From Octopus vulgaris (lineage: Eukaryota): DNA of 64,000 bases. Location of the stretch: assembly GCA_951406725.2 (NCBI GenBank), contig OX597815.1:87048001-87112000 (forward strand). The letters are read 5' to 3'. Shown one piece after another: positions 1-10,420 of the stretch (positions are counted from its first letter, which is position 1; the number at the start of each line of letters is the position of its first letter). The notes below the pieces were generated by a model, which did not search any database, was not told the origin of the DNA, and saw only the letters and a list, made by a program, of their open reading frames with translations. A program made the position numbers and the translations under genes.

Positions 1-236
1 TTGTTTCATAGTCTTTTTTTTTCTTTTTCTACCAATTGCTTTCTTTCTCTTTCCCTCTCAAAATACTTATAAACGTTTTGCTATCTACCCAACACTTGGT
101 ATTAACTTAATGCAACAAGGTGTTCCTTGATGATCTGGTTAAGCATCTATACGCAATTAGAACACCTAATGCAGGGTTCGAAGCAACCATAATGTTGAAA
201 TGTACGTAGGAACTAACTAACTTTATATATATATAT

Positions 237-460
237 AGCAATAAGAAAATTAAGGGGATCAAGAGGTGGTATTCATCTGAGTTGAATTAGGTACTTAAGT
301 TGAAGCACCAAGTCAGTGCGATATTATCTGCATAGCTCGAAGTAAGGGGAATAAGATTAAAATAGGCAACAGGATATCAAGAAGTGATGCAGTACAACCG
401 TCTCTAGCGGCTTGAAACGGTCGTACTGCGTCACTTCTTGATGTCCTGTTGCTCATTTTG

Positions 461-462
<2 letters not shown>
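237..462 (+). mobile_element. PLE terminal fold-back module carrying the 3' half of a hammerhead, between (TA)n tracts
   Basis: Imperfect hairpin about 356-408/410-462 centred at 409. Right arm reads GAAA CGGTCG TA (414-425). Its tail (…CACTTCTTGATGTCCTGTTGCTCATTTTGAT) matches the tail of the HHR module at 8841-8958. Confidence 0.6.
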
Positions 463-492
<30 letters not shown>

Positions 493-577
493 AATCCAAA
501 CGGGAAACAAAAAAACAACAACAATGGAACAATTACAGTATTATTATTAATAGGCGCTCAGGAAATGGAAGCAGGGA

Positions 578-615
578 GGTATGACGTTTCGAGCGGAGCT
601 CTTCGTCGGAAACAT
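578..615 (-). ncRNA. Minimal type I hammerhead ribozyme motif (U4C variant)
   Basis: Minus strand: GUUU CCGACGA A GAGC UCC GCUC GAAA CG UC AUAC. Stem II GAGC/GCUC, palindromic ACGU stem III, GUC triplet, one stem I mismatch. Confidence 0.6.
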
Positions 616-736
616 AAAGAAAAGAAGAGAGGAAAGAAAGATCCCAGAGCGGGCAGCGGAGATAGAGAAAAAAACGACTGGTGTTAGGAGTTACACATGG
701 TGAAAGGCGGATGTTTACGATAACAAGAGCAAAGTG

Positions 737-1135
737 GGTTTTTAAAGGCAAAAGAGTGGAGACAAGGTTGGTAACGCAACAGATGTGTGTGTATGTGTGA
801 GTGTGTGCGTGTGCGTGTGTGTATGTGTGTGTGTGAGGCGAGATAAAAAAACAAAAAATATATGTATGTGTTAGTGTGTGCGTCTGTGTGTAGGCGTGTG
901 AGGTAGGGCGAGACGGTGGTCAGCATAGCAGCATGGGTTTTTAAAGGCAAAAGAGTGGAGACAAGGTTGGTAACGCAACAGATGTGTGTGTATGTGTGAG
1001 TGTGTGCGTGTGCGTGTGTGTATGTGTGTGTGTGAGGTGAGATAAAAAAACAAAAAATATATGTATGTGTTAGTGTGTGCGTCTGTGTGTAGGCGTGTGA
1101 GGTAGGGCGAGACGGTGGTCAGCATAGCAGCAGCA
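737..1135. repeat. Tandem duplication, about 187-bp unit x2
   Basis: GGGTTTTTAAAGGCAAAAGAGTGGAGACAAGG…GGTCAGCATAGCAGCA recurs at 737 and 924; explains the near-identical ORFs 684..950 and 871..1125. Confidence 0.9.
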
Positions 1136-1519
1136 TAGCAGACAAAGGTCAGTAGTAAGAAAAGGGAGGAAGGAGGAAGGGAGGGAGGGGAAGGGGTGGG
1201 GGCGTATGTAGCGTGCCAGCGTGTGTTGAGTAGTAGTGTGTGTGTGTGTCCAGTGTCGTGGTAGTATTAATGGCGAGTAGATTGAATGTGTGTAAGAGTA
1301 ATGTATATGTTTAAGCAATGTGTGTATATGTGTGCGCGTGTGTGTAACGAAAAAAGGGGGGTTAAGGAAAAGGACTCCAGCGGAGGGGAAGATGGAACAG
1401 TGGTCCCGCGGAGACGGGCGTGGGAAAACCCAACGACAAGCGACATCCCAGGAACGGGCGGGAGGTCTCGTCGGGTCCAAGGGCGAGGTGCATGCGGCGC
1501 GCATGCGTGCGCGAACCGG

Positions 1520-3060
1520 CGCAAGCGCGTGTGTGCGCGCACCTGCGAGTGTGCGCGTACGTATGTGTGTGTGTGGATGTGTGAGTGTGTCTGTGTGTAT
1601 GTCTGGGTGGCAGTGTGTCCGATGAATGTATGTGAGTATGTGTGTATATATGTGTGTGCATAGATGTATGTCCGTGTGTGTGTGTGTGTGTGTATGTGTA
1701 TGAGTGTGTATGTATGTACGTGTGGGTGTGGGGAAGTGTGTGTATGTGCATGTGTGTGCGCGAACATACAGGTGTGTGAGTGAGTGCGTGTGTGTGTATG
1801 TATGTGTGAGTGTGTATGTATGTGTGTGTAGGATGCATGTATGTGTATGGGTGTATGTATGCGTGTGTGTATGTATGTATGTGTACGTGCGTGTGTGTGT
1901 GTGTATGCGTGTAGGTGTGCGCGTGTGCATGCGTGCATGCATGTGCGTATGTGTGTGTGTGCATGTGTGTGGGTATATATGTATGTGCGTATATGTGTGT
2001 GTATGTGCGTACATGTGTGTGTGTATGCATGTGTGTGTGTAGGTGTGTAGGCGTGTGTGTATAGGTGTATGTATGTAAGTATGTATGGGTGTGTCCGTGT
2101 ATGTGTGTATGTATGTGTGTGTATGTAGCTGTGTGGGCGTGTGTATATGTGTGTGTATGTAGGTGTGTGGGCGTGTGTATATAGGTGTATGTATGTATGT
2201 CTGGGTGTGTCCGTGCATGTTTGTGTGTGTGTGTGTATGCATGTGTATGTAGGTGTGTGTGTACGTGTGTAATGTATGTGTGTATGCGTGTGTATGCGTG
2301 CGTGTGTGTATGTAGGTGCGTGTGTATGTGTGTGGGAGTGTAGGTGTGTGTGTGCGTGTGCGTGTTTATGTTGGTGTGTGCGTATGTGAGTGTGAGTGTA
2401 TGGGTGTTTGTCATGCATGTGTGTGCGCGTGCAGGTGAGTGTGTGTGTAAGTATGTGTGTGTGTATGTTTGTGTGAGTGTGTATGTGTGTATGTCTGTGT
2501 GTATGTATGTGCGTATAGGAGTATGTAGGTATGTGTGTGTGTATGTATATGGGTGTATGTATGTATGTGTGTGTGTGCATGTGTATAAGTATATGCGTGT
2601 GTGCGTATGTGTGTGTATGTGTATGTGTGTGTGTTTATGTATGTGTGTATGTATGTGTGTAGGCGTGAGTGTGTAGATGTATGTATGTATGGGTGTGTGT
2701 CAGTGTGTGTTTGTGTGTGTGTGTAGGTAGATGTGTGTGTCTGAGTGAGGGTATGGCTGTGTAGGTGTGTGTGTGTATGAATGTAAGTGTGTGTGTATAC
2801 AAGTGTAATGTATGTATGTAGGTGTGTGTGTGTGTGTATGTGTACGTGTGCGTGTGTATGTGTGTGTGTGTATGCGTGTGAGTGTGAGTGTATGGGTGTA
2901 TGTCTGTGTGTGTATGTCTGAAGTGGGTGTGTGTGTGTATGTATGTATGTGTGTGTGTGTGCGGGTATGTGTGTGTGTGTATGTGTGTGTGTGAGTAGGT
3001 GTGCGTGTATGTATGTGGGTAGGGATGCATGCGAGTGTGTGGGTATGTATGCAAACATAC
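1520..3060. repeat. Complex (TG)n/(TATG)n microsatellite
   Basis: About 1.5 kb of interrupted TG/TATG/TAGG repeats; source of the His/Thr and Val/Cys ORFs. Confidence 0.95.
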
Positions 3061-3169
3061 GCATGCGCACATCCGAAGCAAGCCCACACACACGAAGCGC
3101 GCTCACGCACACATGTTTAAGAGAGCAATCAAGTGATGACATTGCTCGAAATTGTATATATATATATAT

Positions 3170-3504
3170 ACCGGAGTAAACACATAAATGTGAAACAAGG
3201 TGGAAAAAAGAGTACTCAAATACCAGTGGTAGAGTAATATGCTTTATTTTAAGCAGCAGAAAATTCAACAAAATCTGTTACTCTGAGTTTCTCGTTGCCG
3301 TTCATCAGACAGTTTTTGCTAGAATGGAACATATATATTAATTCAATCTATACTCTTACAAACGCTACATCAAAGATGTAGCGTTTGTAAGAGTATAGAT
3401 TGAATTAATATATATGTTCCATTCTAGCAAAAACTGTCTGATGAACGGCAACGAGAAACTCAGAGTAACAGATTTTGTTGAATTTTCTGCTACTTAAAAT
3501 AAAG
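3170..3504. mobile_element. PLE terminal module with 130-bp fold-back, inserted in (TA)n
   Basis: Arms 3242-3371 and 3375-3504 with an AAA loop and one mismatch; each arm contains a hammerhead. 3209-3265 is homologous (reverse complement) to 49955-50012. Confidence 0.75.
3428..3477 (+). ncRNA. Type I hammerhead ribozyme (mirror copy on - strand at 3269-3318)
   Basis: CAAAAACUGU CUGAUGA ACG GCAA CGA GAAA CUC A GAG UA ACAGAUUUUG. Stem I 9/10 bp, GNRA-looped stem II, near-palindromic ACUCAGAGU stem III, GUA triplet. Confidence 0.8.
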
Positions 3505-3689
3505 TATATATATATATATATATATATATACAATTTCGAGCAATGTCATCACTTGATTGCTCTCTTAAACATAAGCCGTGTGGATTGGCTTTTTTAATCT
3601 TGTGAAAGACCCACACTCTTATGCACAGTGGTGGCAACGAAGGTTGTCTTGTCTCTTGCCACTGGTGTTCAGTGAATTTATAACCCGCG

Positions 3690-4610
3690 CTGATACATGC
3701 CTTCATTTCATCATGGAATTTTTCCTTGAGTGTTTTGCCTTTTTCGGTCACAGCCGGTCACAGTACACGACATATAATAAGTTAAAAATCAGCTCCTGTG
3801 CCTGAAGCTTTTTAAAGTGAGGAAATGTTTTACATAAGGCTAGTCCCATTCTCTAAACAATGTATACATTTGCCTAAAAAGAAGAACTAGTCTACATCAT
3901 TGCAAACGAAATTACAGTTTTCCTTTTTCGAGAGACATGTCTAAGGCAAGACATTGGGTCCCCCAATCCCAACTGTTGGATGGCTGTTAACTTTACTGAG
4001 TTCATCTTCCCTTTGACAGATTTTACTTTCCGTTCCGCAGGATCTCCAACGAAAACCTCGCTCCTTACTAAGCAAGCTTAGTACGGCTGCGGTTTAATCG
4101 CCAACGGCCCGATCAGATGACAAATTGTCCTAGATAGGTGTATTTTACTACAGAATTGGGTCTCCCCGTACCTTTGAGTGAAATTTGACAGACAATAATT
4201 TGTCGATGCCTATAGGATGCAGTCAGTGTTCTGTTTTTAATATTCCTCTTGCAATTCATTCTAATCCGAGAGCCAGTTATTTAGTTGTGCAATAGCACTG
4301 GCTAGTTTTACGCAATATATATATCATATACAGCCACCTCAAGCTTTTCTTGTGATTCATGAATTATCCGAGCATTGCTCTCATTAAATACTTTGTTTAT
4401 AACTGTATCAAAATGTTGCTTCCATCTTTCTTGGATGTTTATATCAGATGTTATTAGTTTCCCATCAATACTAAACACAAGAAATCTTTTTGATCTCTTC
4501 ATTTTACCAGTAATCTCATTTATTAATTCACAAGCGTTTCTGATTCATCTCGTGTCTCCTGCATTGAGTAATTTATCTGCTTCATCAGTTTTTGCTTCCG
4601 AGAATTTTCT
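3690..4610 (-). pseudogene. Highly decayed RTE/L2-type LINE ORF2 relic
   Basis: Minus-strand peptides DGKLITSDINIQERWKQHFDTVIN and EADKLLNAGDTR resemble the EN-RT linker; DVD*FFFL resembles early RT; TEKGKTLKEKFHDEM resembles an APE segment. Many stops. Confidence 0.5.
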
Positions 4611-4770
4611 TATGTGTGCGTGTGAGAAAGAGAGAGAAAGAGAGAGAGAGTTTAAGTGTGTGTGTGTTATATAATTATGTGTAAATATAACGTATATGTT
4701 ACACACACACACACATATATACATACATACAACATACATACATGAACGCATACATGCACACACACACAAA

Positions 4771-4920
4771 GAGGCGCAGGCATAGCTGTGTGGTTAAGAT
4801 ATTCGCTGGCAGTCACATGGTTTCGGGTTATATGCCACTTTATTGTACCTGGAGCAAGTGTTTTCTACGGTTAATACAGATTGACCAATGTATTGAGCGA
4901 TAACCTGTAGAGGAATCTGT
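4771..4920 (+). mobile_element. SINE family A head, decayed
   Basis: GGCGCAGGCATAGCTGTGTGGTTAAG…CCTGGAGCAAGTGTTTTCTAC matches the family A head at 52402. Confidence 0.6.
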
Positions 4921-4931
4921 GCGGGAACACG

Positions 4932-4966
<35 letters not shown>

Positions 4967-4993
4967 CTCTCTCTCTATCTATCTATCTATCTA

Positions 4994-5057
<64 letters not shown>

Positions 5058-6451
5058 ACACACACACACACACATATATATATGCGCATATTTGTTCCTA
5101 CTTAGCGTTTTCAGGTCAACGTTGTCTTTAATCCTTTGAGGATCGATAAAAAAAAGTATCAACCCAAGTTGGTCGATTAACACAATTGTAAGAACATCAG
5201 ACCGGATATCTTGTGGTATTTGTTCTGACTGTTAGTATTGCGAGATCAAATCCCACCATGGCTTACGTAAGTGGTAGACTGAACCCGTCGCCCGCTTTAG
5301 CGCTACCGCGTGACGTCTTAGTTGCCTTTAGTAGAGAAAATTCTATTGCAAGCATTCGAGCCAGTTCCCAATTTGAAGATGCCTACCTCCCTCAGTCCCA
5401 CTAACACCAGAGGTTCTGTAACGGATCAAAGAAAATGCTTTTATTCCTGAGTAAAAGAAAACAAAAATATGTTTTTGTAGTTATGTATTTCACACGCGAC
5501 AATGGCGATGAAAACAAAACCGGTGTTGTGTTAAAGTTGTAGTCTATAGATTGATAAGTACCATATTGACGAAGCACGTTTCGACAAAGGAATCGATAAA
5601 TATGAAAATAAATTCTAGTTTAAAGCGATAATATTTTAAAATATAAAATGGCTAAAACGAAAAGGCAATCGAAAATATGACTGGTTAAATATTAAAATAA
5701 ATAAATTTTTATGTTCATATAATTTTCACTGGAAACGAATTCATGTTTCTAATAGAGCCACATTTAAAATGTATTATATGAGTCTGTCACCAAAGACACG
5801 GAATAAGAGGTATATACCACCTGTGTGCAAACCGCTAAAGCCGAAGAGAAAACCAGACAAATACAAATGCATCCGGAATGTTGCGTTATTTGTTACAGTA
5901 AAATACTATGTCTGAACTGGTTTATTATATTAATAATAGTAAGAGGCGGTCCGCTAATATACCGACAATATTTTTTAGTGAAGAGCAGTTTAGCAAAGGC
6001 CCAATAAATACGAAATAAAATCTATGTTTAGAGCCAGGATATATTCAAATGTATTTTAAAATGAAGACTCTTGATAATAAATTCTAATATTATCTACTAA
6101 AATAAGTACAAAAGTATATTTATATATTTTTTTTCTATATGCACTTATATGAATATTTTTTTCTGGGCACGAAATATGTGAGCACGTATGAATATTTACA
6201 AGTATATAAAATTTGCAATGTTAATATATTCATCACGCGCGCGCACGCGCACAAATTCAGATAATGAAAATAGTTAAAAGACATGTGACAATGGTCTAAC
6301 CTATTTTATGTCGAAATTCACCACGTATTTCATCCAAGTGGTCGGTTGGAGAAAAGGGGTGGATAAAAATAAGGAACAAACAAGTCTTCTTGTATATGTG
6401 TTATGTGTAGCTGTTTGTATGCAAATGCTTACACACGCTATGCACCCATAC

Positions 6452-6488
<37 letters not shown>

Positions 6489-7425
6489 CACACACACAGG
6501 CACATATATATACACGCACACATCTTGTGTCCAGTATTTCTTATAGATTTTTCGAAAACTACTTTACTTAAATATATTTATATAATATATAAAATACAAT
6601 GGAAAGTTTTATTGTTCTGTAATTTATTTAACACGTTCTTTTGGGTTTGGTTCATTCCATCACTAGGATGAAATTTGAACCCCTGAAATACGGAAGTGTT
6701 TGCCAAACCAAGTGGTTCAAAGCATACAGTAACGTTTCATTGCTGTTATTAAAGTTTCTTTGCTTGTTGGTTTTTGCTATTTTATTTCTTTCATAAAAAG
6801 TATAAGATTTGCCCAGTTCTGATTTGTATATAGTTCATATATTTTGCATTGGATAGATGAAGGGTGCAAGTGGGTTATTATGGGTGACGGTGGTGGTCCG
6901 AGTCGGAGTCTTTTGGTCAAAAAGTTCTAGTTGTACCCATCCCATATTTTTTATATCTTGACCTACGTTGTTCAGCGTGTCCTTCCTTTTTCTAAAGCAG
7001 TAGGGTGTGGTCTAAGGCAATTTGACTGCCGTATCTAGAAAATCATGAAACTATGTAAAAGATGATCCTTCCTACGATCCAAACGGTTTGCGAATTTCAG
7101 TTCTGGAACACAACGCGCTGAGGGTGACGTCACAAAAGCTGATTGGAAACTGAGTCTCTTGTTTCGACACAATGGCTCCAATATGTATAAGGAGAAAGAA
7201 AAGAGTTAATGCGTTAACTGGGAATTGAAATGGCCCCGTAGAGCTGGTTCATCAGAAGTTTTCCCTCTTCTACTGTACTCACTAATGACATATTGTCTCA
7301 GCAACATTAACGATTTTATTCGAGCCAACAATAGTGTCTCTATGTAATCTCTCGATTTTCATTTGAGCCAGCAATAGTGTGTCTACGTAATCTACTGCCC
7401 TGTGTTTTATTATTAGTCATTAAAT

Positions 7426-7860
7426 GAAGGCGGCGAGCTAGCAGAATCGTTACAGAGTCGGAAATTACAGCATTTGTTCCGACTCTTTGCATTCTGAATT
7501 CAAATATGTCAAAGTCAACATTAACCCTCTAGCATTCAAATTACTCTGTCGAATGTAATGTTTGCTTATTCACCTCGTTTTGAATTAATCCCACGTTATC
7601 TGGTAGCTTTGACATTTCAATGATGTGATTGTTCATTTTTAGAATGATACTCTAAGAGCATCTGGGTTTGACCTATTAAACATATAAGAGGTAGACTACT
7701 TGGACTTGTTATTGCCAGTCTGAATATACAATAGATAAAATATTTGGGTCTGATATGGCCGGTTTGAATGCTAAGGGGTTAAATGAGGTAAGGTTAATAT
7801 ACAAGACAAGAACTTAAGGTCAATGGTATCGACTAACCTACAGCCCTCAAACGTTTTCAG
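7426..7860 (+). mobile_element. Decayed SINE family B copy interrupted by a TTAA MITE
   Basis: AAGGCGGCGAGCTAGCAGAATCGTT…TTCTGAATTCAAAT head; tail resumes after 7782. Confidence 0.6.
7525..7778. mobile_element. piggyBac-type MITE
   Basis: TTAA target duplication (7521-24, 7779-82); TIRs CCCTCTAGCATTCAAA / TTTGAATGCTAAGGGG; non-coding. Confidence 0.85.
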
Positions 7861-8008
7861 CAATTCCGGGGAGAGGGTAAGTCGATTAGATCAACTGGTA
7901 TTTATTTTATCGACCCCGAAAGGGTGAAAGGCAAAGTCGACTTCGGTGGAATTTAAACTTCGCATTTTTTCCCGTCGTGCTCACGATCCTGCTCGTTCGC
8001 TGCCGTAA
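7853..8008 (-). mobile_element. SINE family B copy
   Basis: Reverse complement of GTCGACTTTGCCTTTCA…TTTCGGGGTCGATAAAATAA core. Confidence 0.75.
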
Positions 8009-8584
8009 GGTCAACTAAATATTGATGCAATATATTTTAAGGTATTAATTTAGTTACATTTTGATCGAACTAAAAGACAAACTTTGTTAAGCTCATATAT
8101 GATGTGGATTGCAACGGCAAGGGTGATTATCATCAATGAGTCTCAGTTTTCCATACCTACCTTTCTTAGAACCAGTTTCGCTTACACAGCTTGAGAGAGT
8201 GGGTTGAGATGGACTGCGCACAAACGGAAAACACTTAAAACAAATTTTTATGCATGATGTCAATAATATACCTTTATTTAATATATCCCTTTTTTTTCAG
8301 TTTTCTCCACTATTTTTGTGGTATCACACAATGAAAAGCCGTCACTTTTATGGTGTCCACGATTAGCTTAAGAGGGGAGCTGTCGCGTTCTTCTGGCCTC
8401 TCGCACAGCTCTACATTATCCTTAGCTAGGATGTATTCATACCTCCCTCCCGATGGGTGAGCTCCTCATTAGATGAAGTACATTACATAAGTTTGCAAGT
8501 GTAGGTATACATGCTTCCACATACCCACGCATACACAAACACAGTCCTATTGAACGGACGATACCGCTAATAAAGAATTAATTC

Positions 8585-8617
<33 letters not shown>

Positions 8618-8619
<2 letters not shown>

Positions 8620-8825
8620 TGGCACTCCGTCGTTTATGACGAGGACGGTTCCAGTTGATCCGTCAACGGAACAGCCTGCTCGTGAAATTAACATGCATGA
8701 GGCTGAGCACTCCACAGGCACGTGTACCCTTAACGTAGTTCTCAGGGAGATTCAGCGTGACACAGAATGTGTCAAGGATGGCCCTTTGAAAGACAGATAC
8801 TACTCATTCTTGCTAGATGAGTGGC
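8618..8825 (-). mobile_element. SINE family C, 3' part
   Basis: Reverse complement of 9630-9834. Confidence 0.85.
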
Positions 8826-8840
8826 ATATATTTTTTTTTT

Positions 8841-8958
8841 CCACTGAGGATTGCTCTGAATTTAAATTGATGTGAGGATTGCATTGTTCAATTAAATGGA
8901 GTTGCTTGAAACGATCGCATTGCATTACTTCTGGATATCCTTGTTGCTTATTTTGATT
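8841..8958 (+). ncRNA. Hammerhead motif with long stem II in a PLE terminal module (decayed)
   Basis: CUGAGGA 8844-50; stem II with AUUUAAAUUGA/UCAAUUAAAU; GAAA CGAUCG CA 8908-19 (U16.1 to C); ends at (TA)n. Confidence 0.55.
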
Positions 8959-8974
8959 ATATATATATATATAT

Positions 8975-9299
8975 AATATGAGGGAATGTTATTCCAAACT
9001 TACGGGAAAAATTCAATTTAGAAATACTAAATCAAATTTCACAAAAGGGTGGCTATATTTATATTGAAGTGATTTTACTACTACTACTATCATTATTACT
9101 ATTATCATTTCTTAAATATAGCCACGAAACACGTGTCGTTATTCTACCAAATATATACGTTTTATTTATTATTTTGCACATTACTTAATCATTGTTATAT
9201 GTTTTATCTTATATTTAATCTTTCTATAATATGCAATTTTTCTAAATGGTATAATTTAATATTTCATTATTGAATTGATAAAAGGTGTTTTTTCTAATT

Positions 9300-9300
<1 letters not shown>
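8975..9300. mobile_element. PLE terminal module with partial hammerhead
   Basis: 13-bp stem GTGGCTATATTTA/TAAATATAGCCAC (9049-9125) followed by GAAA CACGTG TC. Left end TCCAAACTTACGGGAAAAAT is shared with 29015-29035. Confidence 0.55.
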
Positions 9301-9374
<74 letters not shown>

Positions 9375-9539
9375 TTGTTTACATTATAAGAATTTTTTAT
9401 TTACTTATTTTTAGAAACTCTGACAGATATAAAATAAATTATTTTAACGGTGGATTTCGAAAAAGATATGAGTAATAGTATTCAGAATACTAGCTAGAAA
9501 GCATTTGTAGGTTGCCCGTGGGACTCAAACTTTTATAGT

Positions 9540-9834
9540 GAAGACACCTGGCTTAGTGGTTAGGGTATTCGGTTCGCGATCGCAAGGACGTTGTGTCCTT
9601 GAGCAAAACACTTTATTTCACGTTGTTCCAGTCCACTCAGCTAGCAAAAATGAGTAGTACCTGTATTTCAAAGGGTCAGCCTTGTTACACTCTGTGTCAT
9701 ACTGGATCTCCCTGAGAACTATGTTAAAGGTACACGTGTTTGTGGAGTGCTCAGCCACATGCACGTTAATTTCACGAGCGGGCTGTTCCATTGATCCGAT
9801 CAACTGGAACTCGTAGTAACCGACGGCGTGCCAG
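9540..9834 (+). mobile_element. tRNA-derived SINE family C
   Basis: A-box-like TGGCTTAGTGG, then TGTGTCCTTGAGCAAAACACTTTA; body shared with 8618-8825 and 29845-29960. Confidence 0.85.
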
Positions 9835-10340
9835 TATATCAGTTGCTTTGGTATAAGCCTATATTCTGCATGCTGTTATTTATAGCTTTATCGCCTTCGA
9901 GATCTACCGTTAAAACGATATATAGAGAAAGAGGGGGGAGAAAGAGAGAGACAAAAATGTGAATTTTTGTAAATGAAAAGCAAAGAAGTAAATAAATTAA
10001 AAGGAATAAACACGCGTAAATAAATAAAACGTGCTTAAAAATATAGAAGTAACGTCGTTAGACAACAGACAAGCAGTGTAAACTATTCAATCAACCCACC
10101 TACCTTATTATTTGTCTGTGAGTGCCGCACGTGAACAAAATACTCCTGAAGAACCATTACAACATTACTTCAGCTGCTTAATAAACACCACTAAGTCGAG
10201 AAGTTGACCGGAACTAATGTGTGTATGTGTGTGCCAGAGAGCGGGATTGTTTGTATACGTATGTGTACGTGTGGTGCTCGCACGCGCAAAAGTACTGTTA
10301 GCTGTACGTAAGCGTGTGTGTGTGTGAGAGAGAGAGAGAG

Positions 10341-10420
10341 ATGAAGCACTTCCGACGGCAAAACTCAGTAGGTACGGAGGAAAATACGAGCGACGCAAAA
10401 ATGACAATGAAGTTTGACAG
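10341..10420 (+). CDS. Candidate first coding exon of an unidentified host gene (MKHFRRQNSVGTEENTSDAKMTMKFD…)
   Basis: ATG at 10341 in a CpG-retaining non-repeat segment, open to a possible donor CAG|GTGAAA at 10420/21. No downstream exon identified. Confidence 0.3.

Larger units (their letters stand above)
487..1495 (-). mobile_element. Penelope-like element 3' region: CA-rich UTR, hammerhead and terminus at (TA)n
   Basis: Terminus and HHR region are homologous to 29459-29660. Internal about 187-bp direct duplication. 1345-1490 weakly resembles a decayed GIY-YIG C-terminus (…LNPPFFV). Confidence 0.55.

Noticed and set aside
1070-3271. Long His/Thr- and Val/Cys-rich ORFs (up to 437 aa)
   Set aside because: Translations of TG/CA microsatellite lacking stops by composition; same for the YI, LSIY, RE and poly-L/T ORFs elsewhere (e.g. 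24932-25925, 41799-42313, 55998-56242, 58441-59159).
7311-7393. About 43-bp direct repeat x2
   Set aside because: Ordinary local duplication with no further structure.
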